A stretch of DNA of 64,000 bases from Candidatus Woesearchaeota archaeon (lineage in GTDB: Archaea > Nanobdellota > Nanobdellia > Pacearchaeales > GW2011-AR1): contig CAYITD010000002.1 of assembly GCA_964366325.1 (NCBI GenBank), forward strand, positions 100,548 to 164,547, read 5' to 3'. Below are positions 1-10,300 of the stretch, in pieces. Under the pieces are notes generated by a model. That model had not been told where the DNA came from. It searched no databases and saw only the letters and a program-made list of their open reading frames with translations. The stretch's first letter is position 1, and the number at the start of each line of letters is the position of its first letter. The position numbers and the translations under genes are program-made.

Positions 1-831
1 TATATTCTCCACAACTCTATCACTCCCACCAAAAGACCAAGTTGCAAAACAACTATCAAATTCTACACTATGTGTAGAATTAAAAGTAACGTTCCCTTTA
101 TTGAAATAATCAGCACCATCACTATCCATACAAAACTGAACCCCAGTACAATTTCCATTGCTACAAGTCTGCCCACTAGAACAAGAAGAAACTGAACTCC
201 ATTCTAAACATGAATCAGCGTCGTAGTTTCCACAAGTTTGAGTACCATTTCCTGAACATTGTTTAGCTCCTAAAGTTGAACAATCATTTGTACAAGAGGT
301 CTGATTAGAAACACAACTACCACTCCCAGTACAAATTTGTCCACCAGGACAATAAGAAGGTCCACTCCACTCATAGCAAGAATCAGCGTCGTAGTTTCCA
401 CACATTTTATAAGTATCAGCCGTAAAACACTGACGAGCACCATTTGTACATTCACTAGTACAGGCAGGTTGTTGAACGCAAGCCCCACTTGAGCAAGTAT
501 ATGATCCAAGAGAACTACAATTAAAACTAGTGCTAGCCATATCACCACCATTACAATAATATTCTCTCAAATTAAAAGTAGTAAGACAAAAATCTGTATA
601 AGAAGTAATAGTGCCATTAGCAGTCAATGTTCCCTGAACAACATAATTCAACCCACCATCGCTATCTGAACAATTAAGACTAAATGTAGAGCTTCCAGAA
701 GAATCAGAAGATGAAGTAGAACTAAACATTCTAGACAAAAATCCACTTAAACTCCAAGAAGAAACTAAACTCAACGACATCAGAACAACAAAAGCTAAAA
801 CAATACCAAGCACCAACTCTTTTTTCACCAT
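1..831 (-). CDS. Secreted Cys-rich repeat protein, 3' end outside the window (not in the ORF track)
   Basis: Manual translation from ATG at 831: MVKKELVLGIVLAFVVLMSLSLVSS (signal peptide), then CSDSDGG..YYC, two CGNYDADSC.EW modules and CMDSDG; frame stays open to position 1. Confidence 0.85.
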   Translation of the reverse strand, partial: MVKKELVLGIVLAFVVLMSLSLVSSWSLSGFLSRMFSSTSSSDSSGSSTFSLNCSDSDGGLNYVVQGTLTANGTITSYTDFCLTTFNLREYYCNGGDMASTSFNCSSLGSYTCSSGACVQQPACTSECTNGARQCFTADTYKMCGNYDADSCYEWSGPSYCPGGQICTGSGSCVSNQTSCTNDCSTLGAKQCSGNGTQTCGNYDADSCLEWSSVSSCSSGQTCSNGNCTGVQFCMDSDGADYFNKGNVTFNSTHSVEFDSCFATWSFGGSDRVVENI

Positions 832-958
832 ACTAACAAAATAAAACACAAAGTATATTTAAAGGTTTCGTGACATCGGTATAAAACAATATTATGCCAA
901 ACAGTCCCAGACCCTACAGCAAAGAAATGTTTTTAAAGAAAAATTACATTATACAAAA

Positions 959-1987
959 ATGAAAAGACGCTTGATTATTCTAATAATTCCCATACTAATA
1001 ATAAGTTTAATTTTCGGTTTTACATTAATTTTCGCTGACTCTGGCTCAATTAATAGAGAAAATAGTGATTCTGATTCAGGAAATAATTCAGGCCCTTCCA
1101 ACTCTGAGAGTGATGATGATAATGAATATTCAAATGACAGCTCAACATCTGGTTCAAGCGACGATGATAAAACCGAATCAGAGAATGAAGATGAACTGGA
1201 AGATGAGAATGAAAATAAAAAAGATCGCTCTAGTTCAAGTGAAAAAGAAAAATTCGAAATAGAAGAAGAATTTGAAAATGGAGAAAGAAAAACAAAAGTA
1301 AAAATACACCAAAGATTCTTTGACGAAAATGGTAATTTAATTGAAGTAAAAATTGAAATTGAGGAAGAAGTTGATGCAGATGGAAAAATAGAGAAGAAAA
1401 TCAAAGTAAAAAGCAAAATAGACGGAGATGATATTGAGGAAGAAATTGAAATTGAATCTGAGCTTGAAATTGAGACAAAGTTTGATGAAAACAATGAAAC
1501 TAAAATTAAAGTGAACCTCTCTGACGGAACACAGCAAGAAATTATTTCTCGTGATGAGATAATCAAGTCAATATTAGAATCCTTAGGAACCACCAATGCA
1601 ACTATTATAATAAAAGAATCCCTAAAGGGTGATAAAATAAGAGCAATAATATTTGCTAGCTCCGAGAATGAAGGCGTATTCCTTGGATTTATAAAAATAA
1701 AAGTCAAATTAGAATCTGAAATAGATCCTAAAACAGGAGAGGTTATTTCGATAAATAAACCATGGTGGGCTTTCTTGGTTGCTAGAGAAGACAAAGTAAC
1801 TCTTTGCCACAAAAATAAAGAAACAATAACTGTTGACGCTTCAGCTGTCAGATCTCATTTAACTCACAAAGACACATTAAGAGAATGTGAATTTAAAGAA
1901 CAGGAAAAAAATGAAACAGAAGACGAAGAGCAAAATGAGACTGAAAATAACAATGCAATAATTAACGAAACTAATTCTTCAGCATAA
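959..1987 (+). CDS. Secreted/membrane-anchored acidic low-complexity protein with C-terminal KVTLCH...HL.H.D...C module
   Basis: N-terminal hydrophobic helix, D/E/S-rich linker, E/K-rich beta region, KPWWAFL motif, KVTLCHKNKETITVDASAVRSHLTHKDTLREC. Confidence 0.75.
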   Translation: MKRRLIILIIPILIISLIFGFTLIFADSGSINRENSDSDSGNNSGPSNSESDDDNEYSNDSSTSGSSDDDKTESENEDELEDENENKKDRSSSSEKEKFEIEEEFENGERKTKVKIHQRFFDENGNLIEVKIEIEEEVDADGKIEKKIKVKSKIDGDDIEEEIEIESELEIETKFDENNETKIKVNLSDGTQQEIISRDEIIKSILESLGTTNATIIIKESLKGDKIRAIIFASSENEGVFLGFIKIKVKLESEIDPKTGEVISINKPWWAFLVAREDKVTLCHKNKETITVDASAVRSHLTHKDTLRECEFKEQEKNETEDEEQNETENNNAIINETNSSA

Positions 1988-2064
1988 AAAACTCATAAAT
2001 GATAAGAACTTCTCTGTGCAGAGAATTAAGATACAATAAAAGTAATTCACTTGTACTCACGATT

Positions 2065-2098
2065 GCATTCATCCATGCACTAAAGTGCGTGGTTCTCT
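2065..2098. repeat. Isolated GC-richer hairpin resembling an IS200/IS605-type subterminal hairpin (remnant)
   Basis: ccatgcac-taaa-gtgcgtgg stem-loop at 2073-2092 preceded by gcattcat; no transposase nearby. Confidence 0.4.
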
Positions 2099-2172
2099 AC
2101 ATGAGCAATCTGGGCATAACAAAACATTTTGTAGTTTTCCAATTAATTTATTAATAATCTTAAAAACTAAAA

Positions 2173-4572
2173 TTAAAACATCTCAGAACTAAGAGAAATA
2201 GAATCATTCAAAACAGGCGTGTCTTTGTGTTTTTTAGAACTCTCCCCAGGATGATAATCATTCTTCTCATTAAATGGTTTATTATGATCCTGATGAATTC
2301 CTTGTTTCTTCTCAACTTCAGCAACAATGAGGCTAACTTTTCTCGCAGCATCTGCATTTACAGATATACTGCCAATACCTTCTCGCACTAAAAAAGCAGC
2401 CATCTCTTCTCTACTTCCAGCCTGTCCACATATACTAGTTTTTACTCCATATTTTTTACACTTTCTTATAACATAACTCAAAGAATTCAAAACAGCAGGA
2501 TGCATTTCATCAAATAAATGCTGTACTTCTTCGTTATTTCTATCTATAGCTAATGTAAATTGTGTTAAATCATTTGTTCCAAAACTAATAAAATCTAAAC
2601 CTTCCTCACAAAGCTCATTAATTATCTGCACAGCTGCCGGGGTTTCTACCATTATGCCTATCTTGATATTGCTGGGTATTCCAACTTCCTTAGCAATCTT
2701 CTTTGTTTCTTTAACTTCCTCAACACTAATAACCTGAGGAACCATTATTCCAAAAATCTTATCAGGAAAATCATCAGCAACTTCTTTCAAACCTATTAGT
2801 TCGGCTTTCATTATATCTGGATGTTTCAAACTGAATCTTACCCCATGATCTCCAAGCATAGGGTTTCCTTCAACATGCTGAGGTGCACCCTCCAAATTCT
2901 TATATTCATCGCTCCTTATATCTGATGTTCTAACCCAGAGTTCTTCAAAATGTTCAGCAATGTGTTTCACACCTTTGCGTATCAGCTCAATATAATCTTT
3001 CATCCTTTTATCTTTAACAAATTTAAGTGGATGTTTCCCACCCTCAGCAATTATCCCTTCTAAGCGAAGAAGTCCAACAGCTCTGGCCCCAGATTTAGCT
3101 GCTCTTTCAGCGAAATTTGGAATATCCACGATAACTTTTATTTCAGTCTTAGTAGAAACAATTGGCTCTATAACTATTAGCTTAGTCTCACCTCTTCCAG
3201 CGTAAACTTTTCCAACATTTCCATCAACCGTAATGACATCTCCATCCTTAAGTTTTTTAGTCGCTCCTCCCGTACCCACAACACAAGGAATACCCATCTC
3301 TCTAGAAACAATAGCAGCATGACTTGTAATACCTCCTTCATCTGTAACAATTGCAGCAGCCCTTTCCATGCTAACAACCATATCAGGATTTGTCATTTCT
3401 GTTACAAGAACATCTCCAGACTTTACCTTCTCCAAATCTTCCAAATTGTAAACAACTTTAACAGTTCCAGAAGCAACGCCTGGGCTAGCACCATAACCTG
3501 AAAATAAGAGCTCTCCTTTTACAGTTGAATCTTTACTCTCCTTAAAAAAGGTAGTAACTGGTCTAGATTGAACAATATATATCCCGCTTGAGTCAACGGC
3601 AAACTCTATGTCTTGGGGTTTTTTATAATGCTCCTCTAATTGTTTAGCATACTGAGCAAGTCTCTTTATTTCATAATTATCTAAAACTCTTTCCTCAGCT
3701 TTGTCCTCGCTAAGAGTTATTGTTTCATTTTTGCCATGAGAATTCTTTATTATCGCTATTTTCTTAACATTAACCTGTGTTTCCAAAATCTTAAAATTAT
3801 CTAAATTATGATGAACTTCGTAATGATCAGGCTTTATTTTCCCTGATACAATTCCTTCTCCCAAACCCCAAACTGCTTCAATAACTATACGATTATCTCC
3901 CTTAGTCGGATCCTGTGAAAACATGACTCCTGATTTTTCAGAATTTATCATTTTCTGGATAACAACTGCCAAATAGGACTTACTATGGTCAAAATTCTTC
4001 TTTGTTCTATAATAGATAGCTCTAGCAGTAAACAAAGAAGACATACATTTTTTAACATTCTCTAGCAATTCATGATTTCCTTTAACGTTCAAATAACTGT
4101 CCTGCTGTCCTGCAAAACTCGCATCAGCTAAATCTTCAGTGGTTGCAGAACTTCGCACAGCAACAAATGCCTCATCGCTATTTTTAAGCATCTTCAAAGC
4201 ATCACTATCATTCCTAGATTCTCCAAGCATTTCATAACTCTCAATAATCTCATCCTCCATTTCTCTAGGCAACTTCTCACCTTCAATCATTTCTCTTATT
4301 TTAGCAGAAACCTTGTTCAAAGAATTAGTATCATTAACATCTAAATTCAAAAGCGCATTTTTTATTCTACCATCTAATCCAGTCTCCTTTATAAAATAAG
4401 AATAAGCCTGCGCAGTCACTACAAAACCTGGAGGTATGGGAAATTTAAAATTAAACATCTCAGCAAGACTAGCTCCTTTGCCTCCAGCTGTTGGAACATC
4501 CTTATTATTCAATTCAGAAAACCATTTAACAAAAGACTCTTTAAATGAATGATTAAGAACCTCTCTTTGCAT
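2173..4572 (-). CDS. ppsA: Phosphoenolpyruvate synthase (pyruvate, water dikinase)
   Basis: GGKGASL, VAVRSSATTED, SFAGQQDSY, GGITSHAAIVSRE phospho-His motif, SFGTNDLTQ, ICGQ. Confidence 0.95.
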   Translation of the reverse strand: MQREVLNHSFKESFVKWFSELNNKDVPTAGGKGASLAEMFNFKFPIPPGFVVTAQAYSYFIKETGLDGRIKNALLNLDVNDTNSLNKVSAKIREMIEGEKLPREMEDEIIESYEMLGESRNDSDALKMLKNSDEAFVAVRSSATTEDLADASFAGQQDSYLNVKGNHELLENVKKCMSSLFTARAIYYRTKKNFDHSKSYLAVVIQKMINSEKSGVMFSQDPTKGDNRIVIEAVWGLGEGIVSGKIKPDHYEVHHNLDNFKILETQVNVKKIAIIKNSHGKNETITLSEDKAEERVLDNYEIKRLAQYAKQLEEHYKKPQDIEFAVDSSGIYIVQSRPVTTFFKESKDSTVKGELLFSGYGASPGVASGTVKVVYNLEDLEKVKSGDVLVTEMTNPDMVVSMERAAAIVTDEGGITSHAAIVSREMGIPCVVGTGGATKKLKDGDVITVDGNVGKVYAGRGETKLIVIEPIVSTKTEIKVIVDIPNFAERAAKSGARAVGLLRLEGIIAEGGKHPLKFVKDKRMKDYIELIRKGVKHIAEHFEELWVRTSDIRSDEYKNLEGAPQHVEGNPMLGDHGVRFSLKHPDIMKAELIGLKEVADDFPDKIFGIMVPQVISVEEVKETKKIAKEVGIPSNIKIGIMVETPAAVQIINELCEEGLDFISFGTNDLTQFTLAIDRNNEEVQHLFDEMHPAVLNSLSYVIRKCKKYGVKTSICGQAGSREEMAAFLVREGIGSISVNADAARKVSLIVAEVEKKQGIHQDHNKPFNEKNDYHPGESSKKHKDTPVLNDSISLSSEMF

Positions 4573-4658
4573 TTAACAATAAAAAGTTTTAAGTTAATAA
4601 ATCTTCCTTAACAAGACATTCACAAAAAATTAAAAACCTCTCTTTACTCTGAAAAATA

Positions 4659-5288
4659 ATGAAAAATAAAACTATATATTTCTTAGGCTGCATTTTCTTA
4701 TTTATAGGATTAATCTGGTTATTTCTTCCCCATTTTGCTCACAGCCATATTGAAAAAGAAATAAACAATAATGACGAAAGCACGCATTTCGAAAACATAA
4801 TTTATGGACTAATAGGAACATTAACTGGTTTATTTCTGATAACGATAAGTAATAAATATGAAGAAAGAAAAATTCCTCTGAAAAATAAAACTTATCTAAA
4901 AGAAGTTATCGTGACTTTATCAATAAGCGGAGGATTTATTCATGCTTCTCTTATTCTTGAACATTTTAGAGAATGGATAGGTTATGGTCTCTTCTTCTTC
5001 GTTGTGTCTATTGCACAAATAGTCTACGGAATAATTATCTTGACAGATCTAAAAACAAATAGAAACCCTCTGAAAAACAAATCCTCCTGGAGAATATTTT
5101 ATCTTGCAGGTATAACGGGAAATTTAATCATAATAGTCATCTACATAATCACTAGGACAGTTGGCATTCCTTTCTTTGGTCCAGAAGCAGGAATAATAGA
5201 AGCAATATCTCCAATAGATATCTTTTCAAAAATAGTAGAAATCTTAACAGTTATCTTTTTAGCTATGCTTATGAAAGAAAGTTATTAA
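4659..5288 (+). CDS. Multi-pass membrane protein, His-containing
   Basis: About 6 hydrophobic segments; GFIH..L..EHFREW.GYGLFF and TRTVGIPFFGPEAG motifs. Confidence 0.65.
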   Translation: MKNKTIYFLGCIFLFIGLIWLFLPHFAHSHIEKEINNNDESTHFENIIYGLIGTLTGLFLITISNKYEERKIPLKNKTYLKEVIVTLSISGGFIHASLILEHFREWIGYGLFFFVVSIAQIVYGIIILTDLKTNRNPLKNKSSWRIFYLAGITGNLIIIVIYIITRTVGIPFFGPEAGIIEAISPIDIFSKIVEILTVIFLAMLMKESY

Positions 5289-6195
5289 TTATTCTTTGTA
5301 AATTTTCCGGTTTTATCTTGCTTCCAGTTTGTCTTGGTGAACCACCAATAGTATCACTTCCCGACCACCTATTTCCTTTTGTCGCCAGTTCTCCTTCCGC
5401 TTCATTTAAACATTCATACAATCTAGGAATATCAAAAGGAATCCAAACAGATTTTCTACCTAAAACATATACAAAAGAGCCATCTCCTTTTTCAGAAACA
5501 AGAGCAGCATAAGCACGGATACCATCATTGTACATCGCCAATCTAGATGCAGGCCCAGTTTCCCTAACCATCACCCAATCTTTTCCTTCACCAATTCTTT
5601 GATAATTACCTTCCAAAGGGATCGCTTCACCTCTTCCTAGAGTATGGGTAGTTATTCTAGCGTTTACGGATTCAATAATATTTTTCATACCAGAAGAATC
5701 AAGGCTATGTAATTGATTTTCAAACCTCGCTCGGTTATACGGTTCAAACATCCAAGCCATCTCTCTTCTCATTTCAGTATCTCCAAAAGGATAAGCGCCA
5801 GCTGTACAATCAAGCCTATCTTCGCAATAAACCAGACGATTTATAGAAGGAGTCGCATGACCTATAACCTGCTCATGGTTATTCAATAGCCAAAAAGCCA
5901 AACACGTATCTTCATCTGGATCATTTACGTAAATGTTAGCCTGCGGCTTACCCTCTTTTCTAAATGCTTCAAATAAACCCATGTTTATTTCCATATGAAC
6001 CTGCTCAGAAGTAGATCTAGTAGCAAGTCTGTCAACTTCTGAATGATGATCAAAATTTGCATATGGTCCTTTTATATCTCTTTTTGTCGGGCCGCTAACA
6101 AGTCCATCTAGAGCTATAGAAAAAGGAGGTTTAACTCCGATAAATTCATCCCAACTATATACCTTTCTAGGTTCTACAAATAGCTCAATGGCCAT
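5269..6195 (-). CDS. Putative DHH-like phosphoesterase / conserved hypothetical protein
   Basis: IALDG, NFDHH, NDPDEDTC and C-terminal GSDTIGGSPR motifs. Confidence 0.55.
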   Translation of the reverse strand: MAIELFVEPRKVYSWDEFIGVKPPFSIALDGLVSGPTKRDIKGPYANFDHHSEVDRLATRSTSEQVHMEINMGLFEAFRKEGKPQANIYVNDPDEDTCLAFWLLNNHEQVIGHATPSINRLVYCEDRLDCTAGAYPFGDTEMRREMAWMFEPYNRARFENQLHSLDSSGMKNIIESVNARITTHTLGRGEAIPLEGNYQRIGEGKDWVMVRETGPASRLAMYNDGIRAYAALVSEKGDGSFVYVLGRKSVWIPFDIPRLYECLNEAEGELATKGNRWSGSDTIGGSPRQTGSKIKPENLQRIINNFLS

Positions 6196-6274
6196 AAACC
6201 CTTCAATAAAAAGTCTTTTTAAATTTATCTAATGTATTAACTTAATAATAGATACAATATTGGAAAATAAAATC

Positions 6275-6637
6275 TTAATCCGAAACAAAAAACAATTTAG
6301 CAAGATCATCTCTAAATTTTCTCTGATCATCTCTTAAATCGGATCCTGATGTATAAGCCAAAGAAACATAAATTTCAGCACGCCCCCTTAAAAAATCAAA
6401 ACAAGATTCAGTCAATTCATCTTGAGTTCCACTCAAATTCGGACCAAATCGAACAGTATTTCTAGGATTCAAAGGATCCTCAACATAAATCCCTGCCCAA
6501 GATCCTCTCCAATCTAAAGCCTTAATAGTAATGCCCTCATTCAATTTAACTTTTCTCCGATGAAATACACCAATTAAAGTCCCGCTATTAAATAAAACAG
6601 TGTCCTCCGTTCGATATCCCTCAAAGACATTCTCCAT
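6275..6637 (-). CDS. Hypothetical protein
   Basis: 120-aa ATG ORF filling the gap between genes; TTTAAA box upstream. Confidence 0.6.
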   Translation of the reverse strand: MENVFEGYRTEDTVLFNSGTLIGVFHRRKVKLNEGITIKALDWRGSWAGIYVEDPLNPRNTVRFGPNLSGTQDELTESCFDFLRGRAEIYVSLAYTSGSDLRDDQRKFRDDLAKLFFVSD

Positions 6638-6687
6638 ATCTTAAAAGATTTAATCCAATTTAAAAACATTATGATGGTGAAAAACAA

Positions 6688-7296
6688 TCAAATATTCTTA
6701 TCGAAAATCTCATTAACTTTTTCCCAATTCAAAATATTCCAGAAAGCATCAATATAATCTCCTCTTTTATTCTGGTATTTCAAGTAATAAGCATGTTCCC
6801 AAACGTCAAGACCTAAAATAGGAATCTTTCCTTCCATCAAAGGAGAATCTTGGTTTGCAGTACTAACTATTTCTAAATCCTTGCCAGTATTAAGAACCAA
6901 CCAAACCCAACCAGATCCAAATCTATTCAAAGCAGCTTCTTTAAATTTAGTTTTAAACTCATCAAAACTCCCAAAATCTTCTTCTATCTTTTCAATAACT
7001 TCTCCTTCGACGTCCTGTTTTTCTCCTGTTAAAATTTCCCAAAAGAAACTATGATTCCAATGCCCTCCACCGTGATTTCTAACTGCTGTTCTAATATCCT
7101 CAGGGACCTTATCCAAATGTTCCAAAAGCTCTCTCAACTCCTTCTTTCCAAACTCAGGATGTTTTTCCAAAGCCAGATTCAGTTTATCAACATAAGCCTG
7201 ATGATGTTTCGTGTAGTGTATTTCCATAGTCTTGGCATCTATCCATGGCTCCAAAAAATCATAATCGTAAGGCAATTTAGGTAAAGTGTGTTTCAT
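6688..7296 (-). CDS. sod: Fe/Mn superoxide dismutase, Mn-type signature
   Basis: [30 protein letters not shown]. Confidence 0.97.
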   Translation of the reverse strand: MKHTLPKLPYDYDFLEPWIDAKTMEIHYTKHHQAYVDKLNLALEKHPEFGKKELRELLEHLDKVPEDIRTAVRNHGGGHWNHSFFWEILTGEKQDVEGEVIEKIEEDFGSFDEFKTKFKEAALNRFGSGWVWLVLNTGKDLEIVSTANQDSPLMEGKIPILGLDVWEHAYYLKYQNKRGDYIDAFWNILNWEKVNEIFDKNI

Positions 7297-7345
7297 ATTT
7301 TTAGTAAAAAAAGTAGATTAATAAAACTTTCTGAATATAATCAAA

Positions 7346-10300
7346 TCAACTCAAACCAAATACTTTAGCCAGTCTATCCAAAAAAGAAGATGGCGGACTT
7401 GGATGAACAACAACACACTTCCCATCAAGGCAACCATCTGGACAATCATAAATTGTTCTTCTAGATTCCCCATTTGGATTTCTATCAAAGTTACAATAAT
7501 ATTCCATTAATTTTTTATCCGTTGTTCTGTTGAACAAATCATTGTAACACACATCGGTCAAAGAATTGGCTGTTCCTTTCTCTTCATAATTTACACCTCC
7601 ATCGGTATCAGTGCAATTATTAAAACATTTTGAAGGCAGTCCAATGCACTGATATCCTGTTTCAGTTTTACAATCTACACTGCACCCATCACCACTATTC
7701 GTATTACCATCATCGCATTTCTCTAAAGTTTCAACTTTTCCGTTCCCGCATTTAGTTGTTTTAAGACAAAAAGCCAATCCTTGTTGGGTAGTTTTACAAA
7801 TTGAATCATCTCCACAAAACTGCGTTATATATCCCAAATTATTGTTCTCGTCACAATAATATTCTATTATATCTTTTCCTTCCCCGCAATAATCTTTGTA
7901 ATTAATTCCTTTAGAGGATACAGTTCCACCTATATTGAATTCTTCATTTTGTAAGCCGTTTTCTGAATCTGAATCTGTGCACCCTAAACTTTCTATTAAA
8001 TTAACACAAACTCCTTCTTTACATTCAACATCATTCCCAAAACAAGTAAGCACACTTTGGATTTCATTGTCTTCACAATACATCTCGCTCAAAACATATT
8101 CATTTTTAGTTCTATCAAAAATGCATTTATCTTCTTCACGTTGATTTCCTTTCGTAGCTTCTCCCTTGATATCATATTTTGCACCTCCATCGCTGTCAGA
8201 ACAAATCTGGCTGGATTCAGCTCCACATAATTTACTGCATCCATCTCCGTCAATTTGATTTCCATCGTCACATTGCTCACCTTCCTCTAAGTATCCATTT
8301 CCACAAACAGAACCAGGAGATATACACGCCCCATCAAAACATAAATAACCATTTGGGCAAGTTTTTTCACTTTCTATAACAAAAGGAGTATTTTGAAGAC
8401 AAGAAAACTCAAGATATAAATTGCCTTTACTATTTGATTGAATATAAATTGTTTCTTTAGGATCGCTATCACTAGTTAGTCCAATTCTGTATTCTTTTCC
8501 AGCATAAATAACACTTAATTTAGCAACATTTCTAATGTTGCTTTCATCAGCATATAAAACTTCAACACTCAATCCTAAAGTAACCATAGTTTTTATATCT
8601 CCTTCATTAATTTCTTTTGTATCGCTGTTCCCTTCCTCGTCAGTCACTTTTAGAGTTGCTGAATTATCAGTAGCAGATAACAATTCAATAGTAAAATAAT
8701 TTGATCTATCAGGCAGACAAAAGTCTTCATACGTATGTCTTGTTTCATCGACAAGATTAATTCCTACACCAGTCGTAATTCCCTTTACAAATAAATTATC
8801 TCCATCTGTATCTGTGCAAAGCTCCTGATAAACGCACGCTCCATCAGAACATATTTTTCCAGAGTCACATTCTACAGCTTTAGACTGAACAGAATTTCCG
8901 TCACATGAATATTCATTCACATATCTATAAGTTCCTCCAGCTACCAAACAATAATCTTCATATTGTTCATTTAAAGTTCCAGTTGTTCCTCTAATCTCCG
9001 TAGAACCTTCGTCTGAATCATAACAAGGAAGATCTAGACAACCTGCTGGTTGTCCACTGCTAGCACAATATTGCCCAGTAGGACAAAGCTCTCCCTCATC
9101 AATCGCTCTGTCTTTATCATTATCAACACCATCGCATTTTTCTATAACTCCATTATAACTGCTACAATAATAACCATTGTGTCCGTCTCCTACGCAAAAC
9201 TCATCTTGTCCGCATTGAGCAACGATACTCTGAACACCATCGTCCCCAAAAGAACAATAATATTCCGTTACAGCTCTTTGGCCTGAACATGAATCTTTTA
9301 GAATCATCTCCTGTCCATTTGTAGGATTTATTCCCTTAACCGTTCCAGGATAATACTTTTGATTTTCATCGTCAAAATAACTTCTATCGCTGTCAGTATC
9401 GTAACATTTTCCCTCACATTGTGATATTCTTGAAGGCTCTTCAGTTACTTGTTTGCATTTCTCACCAACTCCATCACAAGATCTTGGTTCTCCCCATTCA
9501 TTGCATGGATCAAAATCATAATTCCCGCATTCCTTATACTCGCCACTTGGAAGACAAATACTTTCTCCAATAAAACATTCATCCTCACATTTGCAAGCTC
9601 CTCCTCCATCGGATGGATTTATTTCACATGTGTTTTCCTCACCACAATCTGTATCATAGAAACTTCCATAAATAAATCTGTTCCCTTCTTCATCTTCATA
9701 ATTATAACACGATTGCTCTCTAACCATATATGGATTTACACATTTATCTATTTCTCTTATCTGCTCATTTAAAATAATACTTCCCTGAGCAAAAGCCTCA
9801 GCGTATTGAAATCCATTTTCATTGCTATCCGTGTCAACACATCTTTCTGCGGTATTTTTGGGCTCTTCTAATTTGTCTTCAGGATAATCACATCCAGAAT
9901 CATCAGGATAATCTACAAATCCATCCTGATCGTTGTCAATTCCATCTGAACATTGCGCCAAATCAACAGGATTTTCACTTTGATCATAATATGCAGAACA
10001 TCCAGGATCGCTACCATAAATATTATTTAGATCATTTTCATTAAAATCTACATATCTATCTCCATCGTTATCAATCCCATCCGAGCATTCAAATAAACTT
10101 GATTTATCCACTGGGCTTTCTAATGTATCCGCATAACTACTACATGAAGGATCGTAGTAGTTCTCCAAATTATTTGCCTTAGAAAAACTTATAGTTATAG
10201 AATCATAAGTTGAACTAGCATATAACAAAGTCACATAATAAGTTTCGTTATTTATAAATAATTTGACTGGGTGATTTTTTTCTAAGAATATGCTTTCTTC

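Noticed and set aside
270-551. 93-aa ORF from the track
   Set aside because: Out-of-frame shadow of the real Cys-rich CDS starting at 831
949-1812. 287-aa minus-strand ORF
   Set aside because: Antisense shadow of the acidic protein 959-1987; its S/F/I-rich composition mirrors E/K codons
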